In this document: positions 29,116-39,540 of the stretch, piece after piece
Position numbering within the stretch: position 1 is the first letter of the stretch
How the letters are laid out: each line of letters begins with the position of its first letter
Origin: Nannocystales bacterium
GTDB taxonomy: Bacteria; Myxococcota_A; Polyangia; Nannocystales; Nannocystaceae
Length of the DNA: 64,000 nt
Assembly (NCBI GenBank): GCA_050633305.1
Contig: JBOEGF010000002.1
Span: forward strand, 153,624-217,623
Reading direction: 5' to 3'
The notes under the pieces: model-generated
Database searches by the model: none
The model's input: the letters and a program-made list of their open reading frames with translations, nothing else
What the model was told of the DNA's origin: nothing
Program-made: the position numbers and the translations under genes

Positions 29116-30900
29116 ATGCTCCGAAGGATTCGAAAGCTGGGCTGCTCGTCGGTAGGACTCGGGCTGTTCTTGCTTGCATGCGATAGCTCCGTCGCCACTG
29201 TCGACGATGATGGAACCACCGCCGCAACCGAAGGTTCGGCAGAGTCGAGTACGTCGGACCCATCAGGCACGGAGCCCCCGGCCCCGGGTTCGAGTGAGTC
29301 GGGACTGCCCGAGCCCGTTTGTACGCCCGGCGAGGTTCGCTGCGGCTCCGACACGACGCTCGAGTCCTGCAACGCAGTAGGCTCGGAATGGGTCGAAGAA
29401 CCATGCCCGGAAGAGACATCCTGCGTTCCATGTGAAGACGGACAGTGCGAGCAAGACGCCTGCTTAGGGCCCTGTGACCCTGGCGGGCCAGAATCGTCGT
29501 CAGGGTGTTCGTTCCTGGTGGCGCGGCAGATGGGACTCAGCGAGGTTTTGGGTCCCGAGATCGATATCCCACTGGAGGAGTGGCCACAGGATGGCCTGCT
29601 CCTCCTCAACCCCAGCGAGACGTCGACCGCAAATGTCGAGCTGTTCGAGCTCGCGTTTGGGTACACAACCCCCGAAGCCCCAACCCAAACGTTGGTACTC
29701 CCTCCGGGCGGCGCCGAGCTGGTTCCGGTGGGCGTGCCGCTTCCACTTGGCCAGATCACGACCCTGCGCATCGGTGCGATGACCTGGGTGAGTAGCGACA
29801 GCCCCATCGTCGCTTACTCCTACAGTCCGATCGAGCCGTTCGTAGGCAACGACAGCTCGATGCTGCTTCCCGAGACCGCCCTCGGCCAGCACTACGTCGT
29901 CCCTTCATTTCCCCCCCACTACTTCCAGTTCCAAGGCGCGGGCACGCCCTCCTACTTCGACGTGCTCGCGACCCAGCCGAACACCACCGTTCGGTGGTTG
30001 GCCCAGTTCGCCGGGACCCTCGGCTCGGGCCTCCCCATCGAGCCCGTGGCCGCTGGTGAGTGGTCCGAGGACTACGTTGTGGAGCGCTTCGAAGGAATGC
30101 GTGTGATCACTTCCGGCGCAGAAGTGGACCCCCACGACTGGGACGTCTCGGGGATGGTCGTCGAAGCCTCGGCTCCGATCTACGTTGTCGGAGGAAGCCG
30201 CTGCAGTGCGGTCCCTGAGCTCGCGGCTCCGAACCGTGGGTGCGACCCACTCACCGAAGCTCTCATCCCACTCGAGGCCTGGGGTTCCACGTACGTCGTG
30301 CCTCCACCACCCCCGCGCATGGACGAGGACCACCACTACCGCGTCTACGGAGGTGAGGCCGGAATCACGGTCACAACCGATCCGCCGGGACTCCCAGCCG
30401 ACGACTACACCTTCGGATCACGGGGAGAGTACGTCGACGTCGTCGTCCCGTTTGGGACAAGCTTCTCCGCAAGCGCCGATGGACCGATCATGGTCGTCGG
30501 CTACCTCGCATCACGCGACCTCGCAGGAGGCATCGGCGACCCGGCGATGTACCAACATGTCTCGTTCGAGCAGGCGGACACCCACTTCTCGATTGGAGCG
30601 CCGGCCAAGTGGGACACGCAGTACGTCCAGGTCGCGCGAGCGGAAGGCGCCGCGGTGGTTGAACTCGACGGGGTGCCGCTGACCGACTGGTCGCCCGCGG
30701 GCAGCGACTACAGGTTCGCCATCGCCGTCCTAGAGCCTGGTGTCCATGTCCTCGACAGCGCCGACCCCTTCGTCGCGACGCAGTTCGCGTACAACAACAG
30801 CACGCAAAACGCCTGCGCGGGCTACGATAGCTCCAGCGACTGCCACACCTCCTACGCACACCCTGTCGGCATGCGGGCGCAACAGTTGTACACGCCCTAG
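29116..30900 (+). CDS. Lipoprotein with an IgGFc-binding-protein N-terminal-like domain
   Basis: Lipobox LLAC, Cys-rich segment, NDSSMLLP..ALG..Y, P..AWG..Y, GDPAM, SYAHPVG. Confidence 0.82.
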   Translation: MLRRIRKLGCSSVGLGLFLLACDSSVATVDDDGTTAATEGSAESSTSDPSGTEPPAPGSSESGLPEPVCTPGEVRCGSDTTLESCNAVGSEWVEEPCPEETSCVPCEDGQCEQDACLGPCDPGGPESSSGCSFLVARQMGLSEVLGPEIDIPLEEWPQDGLLLLNPSETSTANVELFELAFGYTTPEAPTQTLVLPPGGAELVPVGVPLPLGQITTLRIGAMTWVSSDSPIVAYSYSPIEPFVGNDSSMLLPETALGQHYVVPSFPPHYFQFQGAGTPSYFDVLATQPNTTVRWLAQFAGTLGSGLPIEPVAAGEWSEDYVVERFEGMRVITSGAEVDPHDWDVSGMVVEASAPIYVVGGSRCSAVPELAAPNRGCDPLTEALIPLEAWGSTYVVPPPPPRMDEDHHYRVYGGEAGITVTTDPPGLPADDYTFGSRGEYVDVVVPFGTSFSASADGPIMVVGYLASRDLAGGIGDPAMYQHVSFEQADTHFSIGAPAKWDTQYVQVARAEGAAVVELDGVPLTDWSPAGSDYRFAIAVLEPGVHVLDSADPFVATQFAYNNSTQNACAGYDSSSDCHTSYAHPVGMRAQQLYTP

Positions 30901-30977
30901 CAGCATCGCCCCGGGGTCTCGTGACCTAGCCCTCTTCGCGTTGGTCCGGGGCGAACGACCGATGGCGAGCCTGTGCG

Positions 30978-31886
30978 ATGCAGTCTAGGATTGTGCTCGT
31001 GAAGGCTCGGCATCTCGGTTTCGCGTCGGTACTCCTTCTCGGAGCGTGTACGTTCGAGCCCGCCGGGCCGAGCCAGTTCGGGCCCGAAGTCTCGCAAGAC
31101 GCCAGTACCTCGACGACGGAGCCATCCGGGTGGACGGACACCACCCCGGACACGTCCAGCTCATCGGCAACCTCCGCCGCCGATGCGAGCGCCGATGGAT
31201 CCACCTCGGCCGGGACTGAGGGGACCAGCAGCACCACCGCGGGCGACACCACTTCGGGAACCGCCGGGGCAAGCTGTGGCAACGGCAGGCCCGACGGCGA
31301 CGAAGAGTGCGACGACGGCAACGACGACGAGTTTGATACCTGCACCTCCCAGTGCACCATCCCCGTGTGTGACGACGGCGAGCACAACGGCGACGAAACC
31401 GACCTCGACTGCGGCGGGACATGCCAGGCCTGCGCCCAGTGTCAGACCTGCCAGGACGCATCCGACTGCGAGGGCGCGATGGCCTGCGGCTCCGACGGCC
31501 AGTGCGTGACCCAGTACGACATGGCCGTGGACTGGGTCAGCCATTGCGGTACCTCGGCCCAAGGCGTGACGATCGAGAACCTCCCCGCCGGCACCTATCT
31601 TGCCACGGCAGCCCAAAGTGCCGGCACCCTCTGGCTTCCGCCCCACAACCCGCCGACCAACGGCTACTTCTACTTGGCCGAGTGCACGGGCGTGACCTTC
31701 GATGAGATGCGGACCCCCGACGGCATCCGCTACATCAACGCCAACACCGCATTCTCCAACATGGTCAGCGAGACGCAGACTTTCGACTACCTCGGCGGCG
31801 ACTTCACATGCTGGGTGACCGATGGCGGCTGCGACGACAACGACGGCGGCATCGAGTTCTCCCTCGAGTCCGTCTGCGACCGGTAG
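30978..31886 (+). CDS. Lipoprotein with myxobacterial Cys-rich repeats
   Basis: Lipobox LGAC; CGNG...EECDDGN...CTSQC; NGDETDLDCGG.C. Confidence 0.82.
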   Translation: MQSRIVLVKARHLGFASVLLLGACTFEPAGPSQFGPEVSQDASTSTTEPSGWTDTTPDTSSSSATSAADASADGSTSAGTEGTSSTTAGDTTSGTAGASCGNGRPDGDEECDDGNDDEFDTCTSQCTIPVCDDGEHNGDETDLDCGGTCQACAQCQTCQDASDCEGAMACGSDGQCVTQYDMAVDWVSHCGTSAQGVTIENLPAGTYLATAAQSAGTLWLPPHNPPTNGYFYLAECTGVTFDEMRTPDGIRYINANTAFSNMVSETQTFDYLGGDFTCWVTDGGCDDNDGGIEFSLESVCDR

Positions 31887-31964
31887 ACAGACCGCTCACC
31901 CGGCCCCGCCACCCGCCCGCCAGAGCGCGCCACGCTGAGGCGCAGGTGCACGTCGCACCCGCAG

Positions 31965-33626
31965 CTAGGTGTCGAGCTTCTCGTCAAGCTCGGCATCGAG
32001 CAGAGACGCGAGCTCTTCGATCGCCGGGGTGACGTTCTGCGGCGCCAACAGGTTGGTTCGTTCTGCTGGATCGGCAGCGAGATCATACAGCTCGCGGTAG
32101 GGGACTCCGCCAGGTTTCAGAAAGACTCCGCTGTCGTGATAGCGGATGTATCGGTATTGCTCCCCCGGACGCTCCGTTCGGAGGGCGTGGGAGGCCCCGA
32201 GCATGCGAGCCCCATAGCTTGGGCAAAGCTGCTCGGTAAACTCTCCGCAGCGCGTGATTCCACGCTGCTTCATACACAGGTCGATATCTGGGTTGTAGTG
32301 ACTCTTTGTATGCTGCCGATGCGCGCTCCTGAAGTTCAACGTGGTGAGCACGCTGGTCTGCGACCACGGGGCGTTGCCGTCTTCGACCAGGGGGCGCAGG
32401 CTGTGCCCGTAGCCGACGGGGTTGGCGATGCCTGCGTAGTCGAGCACCGTCGGGAACACGTCGTTGAGGCTGACGATCTTGTTGGTGCTCTGTCCATTGA
32501 TGTTGCCTGTGTCGAGCACGATCAAGGGGACCCGGCTCGCACGCTCGTAGAGTTTGGGTTTCTTCCATCCGTGTTTCTCCCCCATGAAGTAGCCGTGGTC
32601 GCTCCACAGCACGAAGAGTGTCCGTCGACTCCGTTGCGCGACGGCGCTGATGACCTCCCCGAGCAGGTGGTCCGTGTGGGTGATACACGCGAGGTACCCC
32701 GCGATCGCAGCCCGCGTCCGGCCCTCCCACTGCCCGTCGTCCGGTGAGCTCTTGAGGTCCCGCAGGCTCGTGCACCCGCTGAGCGTCAGGTCGGCCTGAT
32801 CCAGGCGCTCGACAAAAGGGTCGATCGACTTGATGCTCTCGATCGGATACATGTCGTAATACGACTGCGGAGCCTCCCATGGTGCATGGGGCTTGAAGAA
32901 TCCAAGGGCGAGGAATAACGGCGAACCGTCGTGGGGCTCCCCGAGTTTTTCGATGCCGAAATTGGCGACCTGTGCGTCTGGCAAGGTGGGCCAGTCCTCG
33001 GCGCAAGGCCGAACCTTGGCGTCGACCTGAGGGCCACCCACGTCCGGGAAGGTCTGCGGGCACCCGGCACGATTGTTGATGATCTCGTACTCGTCCCACG
33101 CCTCGCCGTCGTAATGACCAGGCTTCTCGTACTCATTGTAGCCGCCGTTGTGGAAGATCTTCCCGGCGCCTCGAGTCACATACCCAGACGCCTTGAGCAG
33201 ACGCGGAAGCGTCGTAAAGTCGTCGACCAGCAGCGGTCCAAACCCCTCGATGGGCTGGAGGATGTTCTCGAGTTCGGTCACACCCGAAACGTGAGGGGGC
33301 AGCCCGGTCATGGTTGCCGAGCGCGAGGCTCCACAGATCGGTGCCGCACAGTAGGCCCGCTGGAAGACGGTGCCGAGTGTCGCCAGCAAGTCCATGTTCG
33401 GCGTCAACACATTGTGCGGATAGGCTGTCGGCTTGGGGCCCTCGAAAGGGGCCGGCCAGTCGTTGAGGTCGTCCACACACACGAATACGATGTCAGGGGG
33501 CTCATCGGTATTCGAGTCTGGGGCGAGGCTGCGAAGCGCGTCTTCGAGGCTGCCTTCTTCGTCAGAGCCACAGGCGCCCGCGGCCGCGGCCGCACCAAGC
33601 ATGAAGTTTCGTCGACTGGTACGCAT
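31965..33626 (-). CDS. Sulfatase (iduronate/choline sulfatase-like) with a Tat-lipoprotein signal
   Basis: Signal SRRNF...AGAC; VDDLND, TPNMD, CGASR...TG, GKIFH, KPHAP, WSDHG, WKK. Confidence 0.9.
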   Translation of the reverse strand: MRTSRRNFMLGAAAAAGACGSDEEGSLEDALRSLAPDSNTDEPPDIVFVCVDDLNDWPAPFEGPKPTAYPHNVLTPNMDLLATLGTVFQRAYCAAPICGASRSATMTGLPPHVSGVTELENILQPIEGFGPLLVDDFTTLPRLLKASGYVTRGAGKIFHNGGYNEYEKPGHYDGEAWDEYEIINNRAGCPQTFPDVGGPQVDAKVRPCAEDWPTLPDAQVANFGIEKLGEPHDGSPLFLALGFFKPHAPWEAPQSYYDMYPIESIKSIDPFVERLDQADLTLSGCTSLRDLKSSPDDGQWEGRTRAAIAGYLACITHTDHLLGEVISAVAQRSRRTLFVLWSDHGYFMGEKHGWKKPKLYERASRVPLIVLDTGNINGQSTNKIVSLNDVFPTVLDYAGIANPVGYGHSLRPLVEDGNAPWSQTSVLTTLNFRSAHRQHTKSHYNPDIDLCMKQRGITRCGEFTEQLCPSYGARMLGASHALRTERPGEQYRYIRYHDSGVFLKPGGVPYRELYDLAADPAERTNLLAPQNVTPAIEELASLLDAELDEKLDT

Positions 33627-33856
33627 GCCCGAATGTTGCGCGACGACGTAGATTGTCAAATGCGTTTCGGGGTCGCGGAAGTTTTTATTTTGCTTCGGCC
33701 GTCAGAGATCCAACCGCCACCGCAAAGGGTAGAGGACCGTCGAAATCACCGGGCCAACGCCAGCCACCTACGTCCCCGCAACGTCGCTCGCGTCGAGTTG
33801 GTTGCCGACAAGCGACACACTGCTTGAGTGCGTCATCAAGACCTCTCGAGAATCCG

Positions 33857-36400
33857 CTACAACCGCGGATCCACCGGTTCGCTCTCGAGTGCAAGCACCC
33901 CGAACACACACTCATGGACGCGCCACAGCGGCTCGCGTTCGGCGAAGCGGTACAGCCCCTCCAGGCCTAACGCGAACTCCCGAATCGCCAGGCCGCGCTT
34001 GGACGACAGGCCTCGTGCGCGCAGGCGTTCGACGTTGTCGGGTGCGGTGTACTCCGGCCCGTAGATGATCCGGAGGTACTCCGGGCCCCGGCATTTCAGA
34101 GCGGGCTGAACGAGGCCACGCTTCCCCCGAACGATCCATTGTTCGGGCTTGATCACCATGCCCTCCCCGCCCTTGGCGGTGAGTTCCTCCCACCACGCTG
34201 TCGCTTCAGCTCGTGCGCCCTCGTCGGCAAGCTCGATGACCTTGTACGGCGTCGAGACGAAGACAGGATCGTGCTCTGCCAGGCGCCCGAGCGTGTCCAT
34301 GTGCCAGACGTGGGATTCGTCGAAGTAGGTCTTGCCTTCCGTGGCCAGGAGGTGGAACGGGGCCAGCCTCACGTCGGCGATGCTGTCGGCGGTCCAGCAG
34401 TAGCGACGCCAAGCGGCGGAGTACCCCTCGACCATCTCCCTTCGAGCCCGGAAGCGCTCGAGAAGCTCTCCGGAACCGCGATCGGTTGCTGCTTGGAGGC
34501 TGGACAGGACCTCGTCCAACGCAGCCTTCGCGGCGGAGCCGACCGCAGCGTACTGAGTCCGCAGGAGTTCGATTGCCTTGAGCGACCATGGCATGAGCTC
34601 AGCGTCCAGGCAGACCCAGTCGGTGCCGAGTTCCTCCCACAGGCCGGCCTTCTCGAAGGCCGCGGCGAGCCGGCCGACGAGCTCCGCCTCGGGCTCGTCG
34701 CTGGCGAAGAACGGCCGTCCGGTCCGGGTGTAGATGACCCCCTGCTTGCCGTCGCCGACGCCGAACCGGGCCTGAGCGGCTTCGACCGTGCGGGCGACGA
34801 CAGCGACGGCGCGAGAGCCCATGTGCTTCTCTTCGCACACCACGCGCTCGACACCGTTCGAGGCAAAGTAACCGAGGGCTTCCTGTGGGCGCTCCAGCAG
34901 ATCGACGTCCGAGGGAGCGGTCTCAGCCGGCGACATCGTCGGGGGCAGGTAGATGAGCCAGCGCGGGTCGACGGCGAAGCGGCTCATCACTTCCAGGGCC
35001 GCGACCGCGTTCTCCTCCCGGATCGTGACGGTATGCCGCACCCGGGTGTCGACGATCCGCTTGCCGGTCACGTCGGCGACATCCAAGACGTTGGCGGGTC
35101 GCTCGTCTCTGTGTGCGGTGCCCAGCGGCGCTGCGGGTTCGTAGTGGGTCTCGTGGGCGTCGACCTGAACGAGCTCTCGCTCCGGGTATTGCAGGGCGGT
35201 GAGCTTGCCCCCGAAGACGCAGCCCGTATCGATGCAGATGGTCCGGTTGATCCACTCGGCCTCCGGTACCGGGGTGTGGCCGTACACGACCATGGCCCGG
35301 CCTCGATATTCGGAGGCCCAGTCGTAGCGCACAGGAAACCCGAACTCGTCGGTTTCACCATTGGTCTCGCCAAACAAGCAGAACGAGCGAACCCGACCCG
35401 ACGCGCGCCCCTGGTACTCCTCCCGCAGTCCGGCGTGCGCCACCACGAGGCGCCCGTCGTCGAGGACGTAGTGGCTGACGAGTCCGTTGATGAACTCGGC
35501 GACCTGCTCGTGAAACTCCTCCGGCTCCCCGGAGAGCTGTCCGACCGTCTCCGCCAGACCGTGGCTCAGGCGAACGTTCTTGCCTCGGAGTTTCTTGAGG
35601 AGCTTGACCTCGTGGTTGCCGGGGATGCAGATCGCGGCTCCGGAGGCCACCATTGACATCACCAACCGAAGTACACCGGGGGAGTCGGGGCCGCGGTCCA
35701 CGAGATCGCCAAGGAACACCGCCCTGCGACCCTGGGGCGGCTTCACAGCGGGTTCCTCCCGGCTTCCGGTGATCTCATAGCCAAGCAGGCCGAGCAGCTC
35801 TCGGAGCTCGTCGTAGCAGCCGTGCACGTCCCCGATCAGGTCGAACGGGCCGCTCTCTTCTCGCTTGTCGTTCCACAGCTTCCGGCGAGAAATCGTGACC
35901 GCGTCGACCTCCTCGACCGAATCGAGGATGTGGACTCGGGAGAATCCCTCGCCCTTCATCCCTCGCAGACCGCGACGGAGCTGGCTGTGCTGCTGCTTGA
36001 CAACCCGGATTCCGAAACTCCTGTCGTCTCTGGACTCGTTGCGTTCTCCCGCAACCTTCGGCGGAACGTTGAGGACGATCACCACCGCGAGACAATCATG
36101 TTGCCGGGCCAGTTGGACGAGACCCTTGCGGGCTTCGGGCTGGACGCTGGTGGCGTCCACAACCGTCAGAAGCCCACGGGACAGGCGCTTGCCGGCGATG
36201 TAGTGAAGGACGTCGAAGGCATCGCCAGTCGCCTGCTGGTCGTTCTCGTCGTTCGACACGAGGCCGCGGCAGAAGTCGGACGAGACGACCTCGGTCGGCA
36301 GGAAGTGCTTCCGCGCGAACGTCGACTTCCCGGCACCTGACACGCCGACGAGCAGGACGAGGCACAGCTCCGGGATCTCGAGCTTGGTGTCCTTGGTCAT
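33857..36400 (-). CDS. pnkp: Polynucleotide kinase-phosphatase-ligase (bacterial Pnkp)
   Basis: P-loop GVSGAGKST; phosphoesterase GDVHG, GDLVDRG, GNHE; ligase EEKHMGSR, DAELMPW, EGMVIKP, KCRG. Confidence 0.96.
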   Translation of the reverse strand: MTKDTKLEIPELCLVLLVGVSGAGKSTFARKHFLPTEVVSSDFCRGLVSNDENDQQATGDAFDVLHYIAGKRLSRGLLTVVDATSVQPEARKGLVQLARQHDCLAVVIVLNVPPKVAGERNESRDDRSFGIRVVKQQHSQLRRGLRGMKGEGFSRVHILDSVEEVDAVTISRRKLWNDKREESGPFDLIGDVHGCYDELRELLGLLGYEITGSREEPAVKPPQGRRAVFLGDLVDRGPDSPGVLRLVMSMVASGAAICIPGNHEVKLLKKLRGKNVRLSHGLAETVGQLSGEPEEFHEQVAEFINGLVSHYVLDDGRLVVAHAGLREEYQGRASGRVRSFCLFGETNGETDEFGFPVRYDWASEYRGRAMVVYGHTPVPEAEWINRTICIDTGCVFGGKLTALQYPERELVQVDAHETHYEPAAPLGTAHRDERPANVLDVADVTGKRIVDTRVRHTVTIREENAVAALEVMSRFAVDPRWLIYLPPTMSPAETAPSDVDLLERPQEALGYFASNGVERVVCEEKHMGSRAVAVVARTVEAAQARFGVGDGKQGVIYTRTGRPFFASDEPEAELVGRLAAAFEKAGLWEELGTDWVCLDAELMPWSLKAIELLRTQYAAVGSAAKAALDEVLSSLQAATDRGSGELLERFRARREMVEGYSAAWRRYCWTADSIADVRLAPFHLLATEGKTYFDESHVWHMDTLGRLAEHDPVFVSTPYKVIELADEGARAEATAWWEELTAKGGEGMVIKPEQWIVRGKRGLVQPALKCRGPEYLRIIYGPEYTAPDNVERLRARGLSSKRGLAIREFALGLEGLYRFAEREPLWRVHECVFGVLALESEPVDPRL

Positions 36401-37791
36401 CGGGAAAACACTCCCATCTGAGTCGGAGCTCCGAGTTCGGGATCAACCGGGCCAACGGGCTCGAAGTCCACGTCGTAGCCATGGCGCTCGGCGACCCCGC
36501 GAGCCCACGCCTCGAATTCAGCGCGGGTCCACTCGAAGCGATGATCTCGGTGTCTCAGCTTGCCTTCAGGCAAGGTCTCGAACCTGACGTTGTACTCGAC
36601 GTTGGGCGTCGTCACGACCACACAACCGGGGCGCGCGGCCTCGAAGAGAACGTGCTCGAAGGCGGATAGGCGCGTCGAGTCGATGTGCTCGATGACCTCG
36701 ACCGCGCAAGCCCCATCGAACTCAGCGAGGCGCTTGTCTCGATACGTCAGGGACCCCTGAATCAGCTCCAAGCGTGCTTTTTGGCGCTCGCTGAGTTCGT
36801 CCACATGGAGGCGGGCCTTCGCCCGCTCCAGCGAACTCATCGAGACATCCATGCCCACGATCCGCTCGAACGTCTTGTCTCGAACCAGCTCCCGCAGAAG
36901 CTTGCCCTCGCCGCAACCCACGTCCACGATCCGGCGGACGCCGTTGCGGCGCAGCGCGGACAGCACCGCTTGCATCCGCTGCTCGTTGAGCGAAAGCCCC
37001 TTTTCGAGCTGCTCCTCTTCGCGACGCGTCTCTCCGTCCGTCGTTTCAGGCTCCAGCTCGCCCTCATCGGCGAGGCGGGCGAGCGCTTCTGCGGCCAACG
37101 ACCGCCGGTGCTTGAGGTACCTCTGTGCAATCTGCTCCCGTTGTGGGTGGGTGGCCAGCCAGCCCTCGCCTCGGGTGAGCAGCTTCTCGATCTCCTCGCG
37201 GCCGACCCAGTAGTGTTTGCTGTCGTCGAGCACCGGAATCAGAACCGTCAGGTGACGGAGCAGATCCTGGAGCCGTTGCGTGCCGCGGAGGCGGACGGTG
37301 CAGTAGACAGTATTGCCCCACTGAGGGAAGTCGGGATCCAGCTCGTGACGCTCGACTTCGAGTTCGTATCCCAAAGGCCCAAACAGCGCCTCCAGAAGCT
37401 GTTCGCCACCTCGTGTGGGGAGAACCGCGAGCTTGGCTTCCAGCGGGATCGCCTGCTGGGCAAGCTCGGGGCGCTCACGACTCCGCCCGCCGAGGGCCTG
37501 ACCAAAGATTCGCCCGATCGCGACACTGAGAAACGACGACGCCACGTAGGGACGGTCGTTGGTGTACTGGCTCAAGGCGAACGCCTCGCCGCCTTTCGGT
37601 CGCCGAACCAACCCAATCGGATCCACGTCGAGCAGCAGCGCAGCCGTGCACCGCTCCTCGCTCGCCTCCGGGTAGTAGACGTGGCCCTTCCCAAACGAGA
37701 GCTCGAAGCTCTGTGTCCGCGCAGGATTCTTCCCGAGCAAGTAGCCCAGGTCAGTCGCGGGTTGGTGGGTGGTGGTGATCGTCAGGAGCAT
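36397..37791 (-). CDS. hen1: 3'-terminal RNA ribose 2'-O-methyltransferase Hen1
   Basis: MLLTITTT..PATDLGYLL.K.P, Y.NDRPY, DVGCGEG, EVIEH, RHRDHRFEW. ATGA-coupled to pnkp. Confidence 0.96.
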   Translation of the reverse strand: MLLTITTTHQPATDLGYLLGKNPARTQSFELSFGKGHVYYPEASEERCTAALLLDVDPIGLVRRPKGGEAFALSQYTNDRPYVASSFLSVAIGRIFGQALGGRSRERPELAQQAIPLEAKLAVLPTRGGEQLLEALFGPLGYELEVERHELDPDFPQWGNTVYCTVRLRGTQRLQDLLRHLTVLIPVLDDSKHYWVGREEIEKLLTRGEGWLATHPQREQIAQRYLKHRRSLAAEALARLADEGELEPETTDGETRREEEQLEKGLSLNEQRMQAVLSALRRNGVRRIVDVGCGEGKLLRELVRDKTFERIVGMDVSMSSLERAKARLHVDELSERQKARLELIQGSLTYRDKRLAEFDGACAVEVIEHIDSTRLSAFEHVLFEAARPGCVVVTTPNVEYNVRFETLPEGKLRHRDHRFEWTRAEFEAWARGVAERHGYDVDFEPVGPVDPELGAPTQMGVFSR

Positions 37792-38137
37792 CGAAGGCCT
37801 CGAAGGGACGAGTCTGGCAGTTTTCTGCCATCCCTTCCCATCCGATGCCCACAGACAGCCAGGTCGCCCTGCCCCGGCGCCTCGCGGGTTCGATCGAACA
37901 CAACGAGGACAGAACGGTCACCTTCATCTCACATGAACATGCACAGCATCCACGATCGCGTCCGGGTGTGTTGATGCCCCGGGCCCGGGCTTCTTGGGTT
38001 GCGTTGAGGCAACTGAGTCAGCCGTAGGCGCGGCGTTGGCATGCCAAGACGGTAGAGCACACGAAAATGTGCGACGGGGCCCGCTCAACCAAGGGCAGCT
38101 CAAGCACGCCCGTGGAAAGCATGCTCGAGAGAAGGTC

Positions 38138-39133
38138 TCACGGAGCCACGAACACGTCGTCGAGGCTCTCAGCCCCGACAGCGCGGCTGGTCCAAAGCTG
38201 GAGAGCGTCGGCGTCGGTACATTCCTCAACTCGATCACGGACGTTGTCCGGCACCTGAAACCCTCGCGCTCGCAGGATCACGAGCAGCGACGCAGCCTGC
38301 CCTCGGAGAACCCCTCGTGCCTCACCACGCGCCTCACCTCGTGCTTCGCCTTCAGCTCGAAGTTGTTCTGCGATGGTCATGGTGATGGATTCGGCGGCAG
38401 GCGCTCGCCCTGTGAGGATGACACGGAACTGCTCAAGCCGCAGGTCCGGAGAGACATCCGCGACATAGCGCAGAAGGGGAGCCAACGCGCGCTCTCCGCC
38501 CGGCGTCCTCGCAAGTTCCTCGAGCTCATCTGCCCAGCCAGCGAGTCGCTCAAGGAGAACGGCGCTATCCCGAGCATCGCGCATCAGCCACAGGGCCAGC
38601 CGGGCCTGGAGAGAGACCTCGCGTCGCCTCAGGCCCGCGTCGTCCGTCCGCTGGAGGTCATCCACGGCGTACGAGAAGTCCGGGAGCACAAGGTCCGCCA
38701 GGGACCCGAAGCTTGGGGAGAACAATCCAGAGAACCGCGTCGGTGCTCTCCAGCCCCCGACGACTTGGGACAGCACAGCCGGCACGATGAGCGGCAGCGG
38801 AGCCTTCTTGTCCACGTCGGAGAATCGCTCCCAGATGCGGACCATGTAGCTCAGCAGTCGCAGCGCCATCTTGGGCTCCGGGGTCGACTGGTGCTCGAAC
38901 AACAAGTACACGAGTACGCGTTCTCCCGAGGCGCGGGCCGTCGCCGAAAACAGCAGGTCGCTGTGCTGGTCGGCGAGCTTCTCGTCGACGAAACTCCCGG
39001 GCTCGAGCTTGAGCGTCGACCAATCAATCGCTGAGACGTGCTCCGCGGAAAGCACGTGCTGCAGCTCCGCCGCGGCGTGCTCCGGCTGCTGGAACACCGA
39101 CTTGAAGAGTGCGTCGTGCGGGACCTTCGTCAC
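38138..39133 (-). CDS. Rpn family recombination-promoting nuclease / putative transposase (PD-(D/E)XK)
   Basis: HDALFK, SDLLF, YLLFEHQS, MALRLLSY; C-terminal MTIAEQLRAEG with GEAR repeats. Confidence 0.92.
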   Translation of the reverse strand: MTKVPHDALFKSVFQQPEHAAAELQHVLSAEHVSAIDWSTLKLEPGSFVDEKLADQHSDLLFSATARASGERVLVYLLFEHQSTPEPKMALRLLSYMVRIWERFSDVDKKAPLPLIVPAVLSQVVGGWRAPTRFSGLFSPSFGSLADLVLPDFSYAVDDLQRTDDAGLRRREVSLQARLALWLMRDARDSAVLLERLAGWADELEELARTPGGERALAPLLRYVADVSPDLRLEQFRVILTGRAPAAESITMTIAEQLRAEGEARGEARGEARGVLRGQAASLLVILRARGFQVPDNVRDRVEECTDADALQLWTSRAVGAESLDDVFVAP

Positions 39134-39256
39134 GGGCCTCCGAGACAATACTACCGCCCGGTAGCCGACCTTCGCGGGAGCGTGAAGCTCGGTCTCCCGG
39201 GTGCGAGGAGGCCCAGGAACCTTTCAGGGGGTGCGATGCGGTCTGGACAACACCAC

Positions 39257-39299
39257 AGAGTGTGACGACATGGCCTTTTGGGACATGTCGTCACACTCT
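39257..39299. repeat. Perfect 16-bp inverted repeat
   Basis: AGAGTGTGACGACATG, 11-nt loop, CATGTCGTCACACTCT. Confidence 0.9.
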
Positions 39300-39309
39300 T
39301 CCAACCTGG

Positions 39310-39355
39310 GTGTCGGCGCTCATGAGGAGCCGCGTGATCCCGTGCGCGCCGACAC
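39310..39355. repeat. 10-bp inverted repeat with partial inner pairing
   Basis: GTGTCGGCGC ... GCGCCGACAC. Confidence 0.8.
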
Positions 39356-39540
39356 TGCCGACCCGAGGGAGTGGACTGCAACCTCTTGACCTGCGAACTC
39401 GCGCGTGAAACCGGGCAAGGCTGGATCCCCGAGGTCGCCCAAGCCGTCGTCCCTCAGCTCCGCGAGCTGCGCATCTCGCCCTGCGCCCCGGTCACGGAAG
39501 CCCAATCCGCTCGACTCAGAACTCGAGCGCCTCGATCCTG

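Noticed and set aside
37884..37900. GGGTTCGATC T-loop-like motif upstream of hen1 (tRNA-like or Y RNA?)
   Set aside because: No complementary T-stem or cloverleaf can be formed.
38138..39133. Rpn as an active IS element
   Set aside because: No terminal inverted repeats or target duplication bracket the gene, and the family is not known to transpose as an IS.
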